Positions 49,947 to 58,763 of a stretch of 64,000 bases of DNA are shown here, in pieces (position 1 is the first letter of the stretch; each line of letters starts with the position of its first letter). The stretch is taken from the IMG/VR virus record IMGVR_UViG_3300009152_000030, positions 110,118 through 174,117 of that record; one strand, written 5' to 3'. A program made the position numbers and the translations under genes. A model generated the notes under the pieces. That model did no database searches. It was not told the DNA's origin and saw only the letters and a program-made list of their open reading frames with translations. Source of the DNA: a virus.

Positions 49947-52364
49947 TTACTTTATTAAAGTAATTTTTCCTACTGGGCGAATCCGTAAGAAGTCATCTTT
50001 CTTAGTTGCTTTGTAGGAGAAAAATAATAGGGAACAATAGTCAAGTTTGTCTTTCAATTCTTCATATTGATCTGAGAACAATGTGACTTCTGATATAGAA
50101 GATAAATCTTCGATTGTCAATGTTGCCATTAATTTTCCTTTCGATTTACCACTTTTAATTTGCTGTTCTTTAATATGAGATACCGCAACGAGCAGATTGC
50201 CTTCGTTACTATTTGTTTCATCTATATCCTCTATTTGACTAATTAAAATGCCAGGAGGCGTCTTAGTGATATAGGACAGAGGATGGCGGCTAATAAAGAA
50301 CTTACAATATTCAGATTCCCATTTGACAATTTGAAGTGGGACTTTGTATCCCAGACTTTTCTTGATAGATTCTAGGTCAGGAAAGACAGGCTGTTCTGGA
50401 ACTTTGAGTACCAATGGCTTCTTAGGTCTTAGTTCAGAGTAAACCTTCTTACTGTCAGAATCTAGTTGGACTGTAATGACACCAGCTTTTACTTTGGTAG
50501 TCCAGTCATCGAGCAATGCAGGATAAGCATCTAGCTCTTTGTTACGCTCAAAAGCTTGAACTATTCTTGTTTGATAGTTTTCAACCTTTGTATAGTAATC
50601 AAAGATATCAGAAAGTTTCTCTACAAGCTTAACTCTGTCATATCCAAAACTATCAAAGGCACCAACCTTTGCAAGTATGCTAACAACGCCAGCATTAATC
50701 TTTGTTCGATTAATTCTAGTAAAGAAGTCAGCCATGCTTGTAAAGGACTTTCGGCCACGAGCCTTCAGTATAAGATCGCTAGCTTTGTTACCAATGCCAT
50801 TGATCATGCCAAGGCCAAATAGGATAGTGTTATCATCCAGCTTAGTAAAACCAATATCACTATTGTTAATGCTAGGTGGAAGAATATTGTATCCCATCTG
50901 CCGATACTCGTTGATATAACGAACCAGTTTCTCTGGCTTACCACTCCTAACAGTCATTAGCGTAAGCATAAAGTCTGTAGGATAGTAAGTTTTAAGATAT
51001 GCATTGAAATATGTAATGAAAGCATAAGCAAGAGCATGACTTTTATTAAATCCATACTCAGCAAATGCTGCAATGATATTCCATATACGAGTTGCTTCGC
51101 TAGTATTAATCTGATGAAGACGTCCACACCCGTCCACAAAAAGTGTGCGATACTCTTCCATTAGAATAGCGTCCTTTTTGCCCATTGCTTTTCTAATCTT
51201 ATCAGCTTCTTGTAAGGTTACACCTGCAAGAATTTGACATGCTGCCATAATTTGTTCTTGGTAAATAAGAACACCTCCGGTCTCAGCAAGTATACCATCA
51301 AGTAAGGGATGCAATTTATTTTGAGTCTCTTTAGTTGTCTTGTAATCGATATAGTCTTGGAGAAGACCAGAGTCACGAGGACCAGGACGATTAAGAGCTG
51401 AGAAAACTGCAAGATCCTGAACGCTCTGTGGCTTAAGATCAGCTACAAGCTTTAGGAGATAAGTCTCCTCCATCTGGAATAGGCCAGCAGTAAATCCTTT
51501 ATTGATTAATTCAAACACTGCAGGATCATCTACTGGAACTTCTTCCTCTAGCCATTTAAGGGACTTGCCAATACGCTTACAGGTAAGATCATTAATAGTA
51601 AGACAGTCAATTCTAAGGATATCGAACTTAATAAAGTTCATCTTCTCTAGAGTTGGACCTTCCCACTGCGTAAGATTAAACCAGTCTGCGCCTTCAGTCT
51701 TGCTTTTGCGAATTGAAATCATCTGGTCTACTGGACTTGTACCAATTAAAACTGCGCTAGCATGTACGCTGACCTCCTTGGCTTGACCATCGACTGGTCC
51801 GCAAAGACTAAAGATTTCCTCATTAGCTTCTACAACCTTCTTAATGTGCTCACTATTGTCTTCAATTAGCTCTTTGTAAGTTACGTATTTACCACGGTGA
51901 CTTTCAGGCAAACTATCAGCAAGACGTTCTGCGTCAGCAATAGTTCTGTATGATCCATCTGCGTTCTTAAGTAACTTAGTAAAAGCCTTAACACTAGTCT
52001 TAAGAGACCATGGCTTATAAGTTGAGACACGAAGAACACGGTCATGACCATATTTAGTTTGCAGTGCTTTGATTAGATCATCAGCACGGACATTACAAAA
52101 GTCAGTGTCAATGTCTGGACCTTCGCCGTCAACGTTATAAGTTATACGTGAATCAGAATTGTAATTATCAGACAACTTAAGCAAATATAGAATTGCACTA
52201 TTAGACTTATTAGACAATGATTTCTGCGAATCATAAGCATTGTTTATAAATACTAGAGTTTCAGGAGTAAGATACTTAATCTCAAACTCCAAATAGTCTT
52301 TATTAACACCTGGCAACCTTTCCTTGTTAAAGAAAGATCGTATGTTTTCTATAGTAATTGACAT
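49947..52364 (-). CDS. dnaE: DNA polymerase III alpha, C-terminal part (catalytic palm aspartates, thumb, fingers, HhH, OB)
   Basis: Start at ATG 52364 after GGAG. PDIDTDF, SVHASAV, KFDIL, GLFQME, ALNRPGP, LIYQEQIM, FAEYGFNKSHA, PPSINNS, GKLMATLTIEDLS. Confidence 0.9.
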   Translation of the reverse strand: MSITIENIRSFFNKERLPGVNKDYLEFEIKYLTPETLVFINNAYDSQKSLSNKSNSAILYLLKLSDNYNSDSRITYNVDGEGPDIDTDFCNVRADDLIKALQTKYGHDRVLRVSTYKPWSLKTSVKAFTKLLKNADGSYRTIADAERLADSLPESHRGKYVTYKELIEDNSEHIKKVVEANEEIFSLCGPVDGQAKEVSVHASAVLIGTSPVDQMISIRKSKTEGADWFNLTQWEGPTLEKMNFIKFDILRIDCLTINDLTCKRIGKSLKWLEEEVPVDDPAVFELINKGFTAGLFQMEETYLLKLVADLKPQSVQDLAVFSALNRPGPRDSGLLQDYIDYKTTKETQNKLHPLLDGILAETGGVLIYQEQIMAACQILAGVTLQEADKIRKAMGKKDAILMEEYRTLFVDGCGRLHQINTSEATRIWNIIAAFAEYGFNKSHALAYAFITYFNAYLKTYYPTDFMLTLMTVRSGKPEKLVRYINEYRQMGYNILPPSINNSDIGFTKLDDNTILFGLGMINGIGNKASDLILKARGRKSFTSMADFFTRINRTKINAGVVSILAKVGAFDSFGYDRVKLVEKLSDIFDYYTKVENYQTRIVQAFERNKELDAYPALLDDWTTKVKAGVITVQLDSDSKKVYSELRPKKPLVLKVPEQPVFPDLESIKKSLGYKVPLQIVKWESEYCKFFISRHPLSYITKTPPGILISQIEDIDETNSNEGNLLVAVSHIKEQQIKSGKSKGKLMATLTIEDLSSISEVTLFSDQYEELKDKLDYCSLLFFSYKATKKDDFLRIRPVGKITLIK

Positions 52365-52365
52365 T

Positions 52366-52656
52366 CTAACTCCAGCATTGACGGGCAATAGATTTAAATA
52401 AGTGTAAAGTTTCTTTACGCTTATGATGTGCATTAGATACTTGGTTATTAACCATAATGTATCTAAAGAATAAAGCAAGTAATATTAAAAAAGGATGCTT
52501 AATAGCCCAGAAGTTCTTCTTGTTAAATATAGACTTAAGAATAAAAGACTCCTTTAGAGATTCTATGCTTTGAGTTTCTGTATTGTAAACAAATTCTTCT
52601 GCAATTGTGTTGCGATAAGGAACCTCTGGCATATCTATTTTTATATTTTTAAGCAT
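52366..52656 (-). CDS. hypothetical 96-aa protein between the two dnaE halves
   Basis: Its ATG overlaps the end of dnaE-N (ATGCTTAA) with an AAGGA RBS. Its TAG ends 1 nt before the dnaE-C ATG. It has one hydrophobic stretch (PFLILLALFFRYIMV). Confidence 0.5.
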   Translation of the reverse strand: MLKNIKIDMPEVPYRNTIAEEFVYNTETQSIESLKESFILKSIFNKKNFWAIKHPFLILLALFFRYIMVNNQVSNAHHKRKETLHLFKSIARQCWS

Positions 52657-53929
52657 TTAATTCCTTCATATCCTCTGAAAAGTCTAAAGATATTCTTACT
52701 CGACCAGGATTCAGGAAGCGCTCAAAGAGTAAGCCATGCTTAACAGGATCAAGATGCTTAGCAGTGATTCCAAGTGACCATGAGATCAAAGATCCGCCAC
52801 CAGAACCACGTGCTGGGCCAACGGGTATACCCATACCCTTAGCAAGACTAACATAGTCCTGAACGACAAGGAAATAAGAACTATAACGAGCCTCGTCAAT
52901 GACTTGGAACTCGTATTTAATTCTATCCTTATATGCCTTAGGAACATCCGCCCAGGTAGCTACGCCAAGTCTAGCTATAAGTCCAGCCTTAGCCTTCTTA
53001 AGCAACATTAAGCTTGTGCCTTCCGGAGTAAGACCTTCAAGCTGAAGATTGGGAGCTCTAGTGACTCTTTCAAAGTAGTCACCATCTACAAGATCTGCTA
53101 CATGCTGAGTATTAGTAATTGCTTCGTGTGGCAATTGCCAATCGTCGCATAAGCCCTTAGCAAATTCCGCATCATACATCCAAGCATTGTGGTCTTGGAC
53201 TTCATATGGCATTGTATCTGGAGTCTTATGCATACTCACACACATAACATAGCTACGTAGTTTATACTGATCTTGGTTCTGATGATGTGCATCTGCAGTA
53301 AGGACAAGGGGAATATTCTTGCGTTTACTTAGATCAATTAGATATTGATTATAGCCATATTGCTTTTCAACATTGTTATGCTGAAGCTCAAGGAAGAAGC
53401 TGTCGTCGCCGACTGCCTCTCTAACTTCATCACACCATCTATCAATCTTTGCATGTTCACCCCAGTGCCAGTACTTAAAGCACTGACTACTGATACAAGT
53501 ACTAGTAGCAATCAAGCCCTTAGCATGTTGCTTAAACATCTCTAAGTCAATGCGAGGATAACGATAAAAGCCATCCTCATATGAATACTTAGTAAGCTTC
53601 ATAAGATTCTTATAGCCTTCTTCATTCTTAGCAAGTAATAAGAAGTGGCCATTGTTAACTGCCTTCTCTGCAACGCCATTCTCTGGCATAAAATCAGACT
53701 TAGTCTTAGCATCATTAAATGCAAGATAAGTCTCATTGCCAATAATAGGCTTTACATTAGCAGCCCGGCAACCTTTTACAAACTCTGGAATGCCACCCAT
53801 ATATCCATGGTCGGTCAAAGCAACTGCATTCATCCCTCTAGACGCAACAATCTTGCCCATTTGATCAGCTGGCTGTAAGCCATCAAGCAATGAATAATAA
53901 CTATGTGCGTGAAGATGTACCATTCCCAT
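52649..53929 (-). CDS. dnaE: DNA polymerase III alpha, N-terminal part (PHP domain plus first half of palm)
   Basis: HLHAHSYYSLLDG, ALTDHG, GNETY, GHFLLLAKN, TSTC, TADAH, GPARGSGGGSL, LLFERFLNPGR, then a stop 16 aa later. Confidence 0.9.
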   Translation of the reverse strand: MGMVHLHAHSYYSLLDGLQPADQMGKIVASRGMNAVALTDHGYMGGIPEFVKGCRAANVKPIIGNETYLAFNDAKTKSDFMPENGVAEKAVNNGHFLLLAKNEEGYKNLMKLTKYSYEDGFYRYPRIDLEMFKQHAKGLIATSTCISSQCFKYWHWGEHAKIDRWCDEVREAVGDDSFFLELQHNNVEKQYGYNQYLIDLSKRKNIPLVLTADAHHQNQDQYKLRSYVMCVSMHKTPDTMPYEVQDHNAWMYDAEFAKGLCDDWQLPHEAITNTQHVADLVDGDYFERVTRAPNLQLEGLTPEGTSLMLLKKAKAGLIARLGVATWADVPKAYKDRIKYEFQVIDEARYSSYFLVVQDYVSLAKGMGIPVGPARGSGGGSLISWSLGITAKHLDPVKHGLLFERFLNPGRVRISLDFSEDMKELNA

Positions 53930-53968
53930 ATCATTCTCTCTTATGTTAAAAATGAACAAACACCAATA

Positions 53969-54010
53969 GGTGACAAGGCTAAGTATAGCCCGTCACCACA
54001 TGGTTTGCAA
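53969..54010 (-). promoter_or_regulatory. sigma70-type promoter of dnaE-N embedded in an inverted repeat
   Basis: TTGCAA-17 nt-TATACT. The -10 box lies at the centre of GGTGAC-g-GGCTA-tact-TAGCC-tt-GTCACC. Confidence 0.6.
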
Positions 54011-54022
54011 TAGCAAAAAGTA

Positions 54023-54925
54023 TTAAGCGACTAGTTTCTTGCAGATCTGTATTCCAAGCTCAGCCAAAGGACTGCGCTCAATTTCAATAAGTTCTACGAA
54101 ACTAGTAAGCGGACTCTCTTGATAAATGTCAAGTCCGATTGTTTGAAGGACTGGGCAAAGTTTACCTTTACGGTTTTCTTTTTCGTCAATCTGATCTGTA
54201 TCAGCCATAAGTATTAACTTACTCTTCTCACCTAGACGAGTGATTAGAGTCTTGAACTGATGGATCTCAACGTTCTGGGCTTCATCACAAATGACTAAAG
54301 CATTTGTAAAGTCTTCACCACGCATATATTCCAAAGGAATGCATTCAATCTTGCCTTCTTCGAGCTTCTGCTCAAAGATCTTTAGGTAAGTTTTACCCCA
54401 GATCTTTGCAAGAGCGCGTTCGTAAGAGCTGAAAACAGGTTTCATCTTGTCTATGATTGTGCCTGGAACATCGCCAATTCTGCCACCGCTAGCAGTCGTA
54501 GCTTGGGCTCTGCTTTTAGTTAGAATAATTCTTTCGAATTTCTTCTCATCAAGCATATTAATTGCAGCAACCATTGTTACATAAGTCTTACCTGAGCCAG
54601 CGCCACCAAAGACTGTAAGCATTGGGATAGTTTGATCATATAAAGCAGACAGTAAATATTTTTGCTCTAAGTTCTTAGGTGTAAATTTCTTAACTGTAGG
54701 TAGATTTATATTGACTAAAGCTTCTCCATTCCAACGTTTAAGAGCACTATAGCTTCCATGTCTAAAACACCAATAGCTATTAACTGGGGGTGGTGTCATC
54801 TCAAGCCATGGATCAAAGTCAAGATCATCAATAGTAACAGGGTCGTCTGTGAATAAAGGCCCTAAATCTGCTGAATATTCCACATCAATTATTGTAGGAT
54901 GAAATATTTCCTTTGGCTCTTGCAT
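54023..54925 (-). CDS. phoH: PhoH-family ATPase
   Basis: PKNLEQ, GGAGSGKT, IGDVPG, LEYMRG, ICDEAQN, ITRLGEKSK, DTDQID, ERSPLA. Confidence 0.9.
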   Translation of the reverse strand: MQEPKEIFHPTIIDVEYSADLGPLFTDDPVTIDDLDFDPWLEMTPPPVNSYWCFRHGSYSALKRWNGEALVNINLPTVKKFTPKNLEQKYLLSALYDQTIPMLTVFGGAGSGKTYVTMVAAINMLDEKKFERIILTKSRAQATTASGGRIGDVPGTIIDKMKPVFSSYERALAKIWGKTYLKIFEQKLEEGKIECIPLEYMRGEDFTNALVICDEAQNVEIHQFKTLITRLGEKSKLILMADTDQIDEKENRKGKLCPVLQTIGLDIYQESPLTSFVELIEIERSPLAELGIQICKKLVA

Positions 54926-54933
54926 TGAGTTCC

Positions 54934-56277
54934 TTACAAATAGATCTTGTTCAAGTTAGGTAATTTACGATTGACTGTCTCCTTTGGCACAACTAGATAA
55001 AATTTATTTGTAATATTACTTTTATTTATTTCTGGAATTATCCCATCAGTGAAACATAATATTGCGTCATATTTGTATCTACCGTTATGTTGATTAATTC
55101 TTTTTATTGCAGGATTCAAATCTGTTCCGCCACCACCTTTCCAATCAATACTATCTGCAAAGCTTCTGTTCTTTGTCTTTACTAATTCTTCTCTAACGAC
55201 TGTATCACCCATCAGGTAATGTATGTTTGCATGCCTTGATAACTTCTTTATATAAGATACAAATTTTTGAGCAAGCAACAAGTCAATGCTACCACTTGTA
55301 TCAAGAATACAAGCAATTAGAGGGCGAGTAGTTTTCTCATGACCAGGCAATACTCCAGGAAGTACGCAGTTATACTTAGCCCAAGAAGGGTTAGATTTAT
55401 TTTTCTTACCTGCTCTTTTTAACTGTTCAATTAGTCGCAAAGCAGTGTCAGAAGTTTCTTTTACTGTAATCCTTTGAGTATCATATTTCTCAAAACTAGT
55501 GTCATTTAAAAATGGGTCTTGAGAGATATCTGGAATTTTTGCTATCTGTTTTTCTAATGTAGCTTCTCTATCCTTAATCTCTTCATCTGTCAGCTCAAAG
55601 TCGTCAAGCATATCATCAGAAAGATCTGATTCAGCTTTCAAGATGTCTTCATCAGTGACATTAAGTTTAAGCCATTCAAAAATTTCCTCAGTAGTTATCT
55701 TAAAAATACTTCTTCTTAGTCCGCCTAGTCCCTGATACAAAGGACTAGATGGAGAAAGATAGTGAAGAGATAGACTAGGATGATTTATGTTTCCTAGCTC
55801 TTTCACTCCAGTATAAAAGACATTGTCTACAACATTAGTAAACCCGTAATCCGGCTGTAAACAATCGTAAGACTGATCTTCGAATAGGAGTTCGGTGTTT
55901 AACTTTATGTCCTGAGCAATGTTAAGTAACAAATGATATTGTCTTGGCGTCTTATACATCTTCACAGGATGGGCATATATAAAATGCTTTAACTCGTGAA
56001 GAATAATAAAAGCGTTCTGATGCTCAGAGTAAGTTGCCATCTTGTCTGCGTGCAGATAGAGACAATACTCTTTGCTTTCCTTATCCCAGGATATAGCAGC
56101 AATGAACTTCTCACCAAAACCTTGTTCTTTTACTGTTGTATCGTTTAGATAATGCTTATTTATATATGGCAAGTATCGAAATAAATAATTGTAATTAAAT
56201 ACATAAGATTTAGTACTTGAAGATGATTTAAAGGATAAATCCGAAATGTATTTTATTAATTTATTTATATTGCTCAT
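54934..56277 (-). CDS. HEXXH metallopeptidase-like plus vWA domain protein (DUF2201-like)
   Basis: LHELKH...NIAQDIKLN. MIDAS DTSGS, GGGGTD and FTDG. Probable start MSNINK, with ATGA overlap with the AAA gene. Confidence 0.8.
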   Translation of the reverse strand: MSNINKLIKYISDLSFKSSSSTKSYVFNYNYLFRYLPYINKHYLNDTTVKEQGFGEKFIAAISWDKESKEYCLYLHADKMATYSEHQNAFIILHELKHFIYAHPVKMYKTPRQYHLLLNIAQDIKLNTELLFEDQSYDCLQPDYGFTNVVDNVFYTGVKELGNINHPSLSLHYLSPSSPLYQGLGGLRRSIFKITTEEIFEWLKLNVTDEDILKAESDLSDDMLDDFELTDEEIKDREATLEKQIAKIPDISQDPFLNDTSFEKYDTQRITVKETSDTALRLIEQLKRAGKKNKSNPSWAKYNCVLPGVLPGHEKTTRPLIACILDTSGSIDLLLAQKFVSYIKKLSRHANIHYLMGDTVVREELVKTKNRSFADSIDWKGGGGTDLNPAIKRINQHNGRYKYDAILCFTDGIIPEINKSNITNKFYLVVPKETVNRKLPNLNKIYL

Positions 56278-57377
56278 TCTAATGTATTGACCTGCCATTT
56301 TGTTTGAGACAACATAGCATAGAATTCAGGATACTCTTTTGCATATTGCAAAATATACTGAGTACTAGCTAGTTGATCCTTTGTCAAGGTTGGAATTAAG
56401 TTCTTATACTCAGAGAAAACAAGAACACTATCATAGTAGTCTATGGTCTTTGAGTTAATTCTATTAAGAATAGAATCGTTAAAGAATGATTCTTTAGCAA
56501 TCCAGTCCTTGTTAAGAAGAATGTTAAGCCATTTATTAGCAATGTTAGATTTAATTAGACCACTGGCAAGTGCAAAGACTGCCGTCTTTGTCTCCCCAGT
56601 AATCTCTATGCCATTAGTTCTGGCCCAGAGAGTCCAAAGAGCAAGACGATTAAGCATCTCGATAGTACGAGGACATGGGCTAATTTCTTTTTCGATATCC
56701 CATTCTCCTGCAAGTTGACCCGACTGTATATTCTCAATAGGATTATTCATATTAGAGAGGATATACGACATAGCTGGATCAATTATGTCGGAGCATTGAG
56801 ATAGGAATTCAGAAGTTGTTAAGTTGTAATGGACATGAGCCCATCTGCTTTTCATAGCTTTGTCTAGTGTATCTGTGTTGAACTCACCAACAGGAGGGTT
56901 ACAAGCACTGATTAGGCGGCTATTTTGAGGTAAGGCATACTCACCTAGCCGACGCTCTGCTGTGATACTCATCATTGCGTTAATGCCTTCTTGCGTGCCA
57001 CGATTTAATTCGTCTACAAAAAGAACAAAGAAATCTGAGTCTACAGAGTTTGGAAGCCAGGAAGGCTTTGTCTTTCTATGGACCATCCGTTCAGCATCTA
57101 CAACTGGTATACCCCAGTCTGCAGTGTCCGTATGTGCTAATCTAAGATCAAAAGATGAAGGATTAAACACACTAGATACTTGACGTTTAGCAAAAATACT
57201 CTTACAAAACATAGGAGTCTCAAGCTTTAGGTCTCGAAAGAAATTATCTATTGTCTTGGATATAATCGTGCTTTTACCAATGCCACTAGCGCCCCAGACG
57301 CAAACAGGAATGTCTGCGTCCAGGGCTATTCTAGCGACTTTTTCTAATTCACTAGAGGAGATTGTCAATGACGCCAT
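56274..57377 (-). CDS. MoxR/AAA_5-like ATPase
   Basis: WGASGIGKS, DLRL, GIP, LFVDELNRG, ACNP, LDKAMKSRW, PCPRT. Confidence 0.85.
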   Translation of the reverse strand: MASLTISSSELEKVARIALDADIPVCVWGASGIGKSTIISKTIDNFFRDLKLETPMFCKSIFAKRQVSSVFNPSSFDLRLAHTDTADWGIPVVDAERMVHRKTKPSWLPNSVDSDFFVLFVDELNRGTQEGINAMMSITAERRLGEYALPQNSRLISACNPPVGEFNTDTLDKAMKSRWAHVHYNLTTSEFLSQCSDIIDPAMSYILSNMNNPIENIQSGQLAGEWDIEKEISPCPRTIEMLNRLALWTLWARTNGIEITGETKTAVFALASGLIKSNIANKWLNILLNKDWIAKESFFNDSILNRINSKTIDYYDSVLVFSEYKNLIPTLTKDQLASTQYILQYAKEYPEFYAMLSQTKWQVNTLE

Positions 57378-57378
57378 T

Positions 57379-58497
57379 CTAGTCCTTGGTTTCGTATGCG
57401 ATTTTGCGCTTACGTGTTAGCGGATAGCGAGCTTCAAAATGATTGACTCCAAGTAGATCACAAAGAGAAGCTCTTGCAGCTGCATCACTTCTAAGTAGTT
57501 CTGCAAGATTATTCCTGCCTTGAACCTTAAGAGCAATAGCAGGAACCTGGAGCCAGGCACCAGCAGCAACGATATGCTTCTGAGCTAGACCCATAGTAAT
57601 AAGCGAGTCAACTCGGTCAAGACCGATACCCCACTTAATACTAATCTCTACCTCGTCCTCTGCACGAGCCGCACCCTGCGCCTTAACAATCTGGACCTTT
57701 CTAAGATTCTCTTTGCCATCACCAGGGATAGGAAGAATCTTGAGACGAAGTCTAGCATAGTAGCGAATAGCCCGGCCACCTGTAGTGATAGTACCGCGAG
57801 CACCCATTGGAGTAATATTAACTCTCATCTGGTTACTCGTAATTAAAGTACAGTCATAGGTCTTGTATGAAGTAGCAAGCCTACCAAGTACCTTAGAGCT
57901 AAGCAAAGCATGCCAGCCAATTGCGCCGTCACCAGCCTCTGCATTATTATCTGCAGACGCAGGAGGACTAAGAGCAGCCCAGCTATCTAATCCAATACAT
58001 GAAAACATACCACTACGAATCAGTTGGTCTAGAAGGGTAAGAGCTTGCTTGCCATTCTGAGGAAGACTATAGACAAATCTTTCGTCGTCCACGGGTACTC
58101 CAAGGTGACGTGCATACTCGGCATCGAAGTTACCTTCCATGTCGATAAATGCAATACCACGTTCTGGAAAAGCCTTAGCAAAGCTAGCTAATGCTTCGTA
58201 CATCAGAGTAGTCTTACCAGACGACTCCTCGCCCGCAATTTCAATAAAGGTGCCACGAGGCCATCCTGCATTCTCACCAAATCCACCAAGCAAACTATCC
58301 AGACAAGGATCACTTGTCGGAACAAAGCTGAATGTAGGTAAGCTGTCCTTGCCAGTGACAAGAACAAGTTCTTCGCCATATTGCTTAATCTTGCTTATCT
58401 TAAAAGCATTAAAAGTTTTAGGATTCCAGGTTACAGCTCCCGGCGTAGCAAAAGAAGATTCTTCTTCTGTTTCCCATTCTGTTTCTTCTAAACTCAT
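57379..58497 (-). CDS. recA: RecA-family recombinase
   Basis: GWPRGTFIEIAGEESSGKTT, AFIDMEG, LDSWAAL, NQMR, TTGGRAIRYYARLRL. Confidence 0.92.
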   Translation of the reverse strand: MSLEETEWETEEESSFATPGAVTWNPKTFNAFKISKIKQYGEELVLVTGKDSLPTFSFVPTSDPCLDSLLGGFGENAGWPRGTFIEIAGEESSGKTTLMYEALASFAKAFPERGIAFIDMEGNFDAEYARHLGVPVDDERFVYSLPQNGKQALTLLDQLIRSGMFSCIGLDSWAALSPPASADNNAEAGDGAIGWHALLSSKVLGRLATSYKTYDCTLITSNQMRVNITPMGARGTITTGGRAIRYYARLRLKILPIPGDGKENLRKVQIVKAQGAARAEDEVEISIKWGIGLDRVDSLITMGLAQKHIVAAGAWLQVPAIALKVQGRNNLAELLRSDAAARASLCDLLGVNHFEARYPLTRKRKIAYETKD

Positions 58498-58558
58498 ATA
58501 TCACCTTATGATTATTTTAAATAAAATAAAAATCTATAACAATAGGAAAGTTGTATTG

Positions 58559-58756
58559 CTATTCAGTATAAAATAGATCTCTTAAATCCTGTTTAGTATA
58601 TTTACGCCCGTTAAGATCAATAGATCTGTTTCCTTGCATAAATTCCTTTAGATTATTTTGAAGATCATCTTCTAAGTCTAAAGAGAAAACATCTTTTAAG
58701 ATGCGCAAAAGACTCTGCGGATCTGGAATTTTTTCATCTAGTTTAATGTTTGACAT
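58559..58756 (-). CDS. small hypothetical protein
   Basis: Probable start MSNIKL, 7 nt after the nrdJ stop (AGGGA RBS). Confidence 0.45.
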   Translation of the reverse strand: MSNIKLDEKIPDPQSLLRILKDVFSLDLEDDLQNNLKEFMQGNRSIDLNGRKYTKQDLRDLFYTE

Positions 58757-58763
58757 GTATTCC

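Noticed and set aside
52365-52478. N-terminal 38 aa (MLYSLDT...) of the 843-aa ORF as part of DnaE-C
   Set aside because: It starts at a TTG without an RBS inside ORF96. The ATG at 52364 has a GGAG RBS and is coupled to the ORF96 stop.
52120-52710. Group I intron or ribosomal bypass (GGT...GGT) joining FLNPG to GPDID
   Set aside because: I could not find P7 or other intron core elements, there is no stop codon right after the putative take-off codon, and the joined product would lose the conserved Arg. The interval is fully occupied by coupled ORFs with their own RBSs.
52100-52720. Split intein rejoining the DnaE halves (ILYLLKLSDNYN...ITYN resembles intein blocks F/G; KHPFL in ORF96 resembles block B)
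   Set aside because: There is no penultimate His, the +1 residue is Val rather than Cys/Ser/Thr, and the N-half has no convincing block A. The segment aligns better to the DnaE GSL..YLLGIT helix. An intein HMM scan would settle it.
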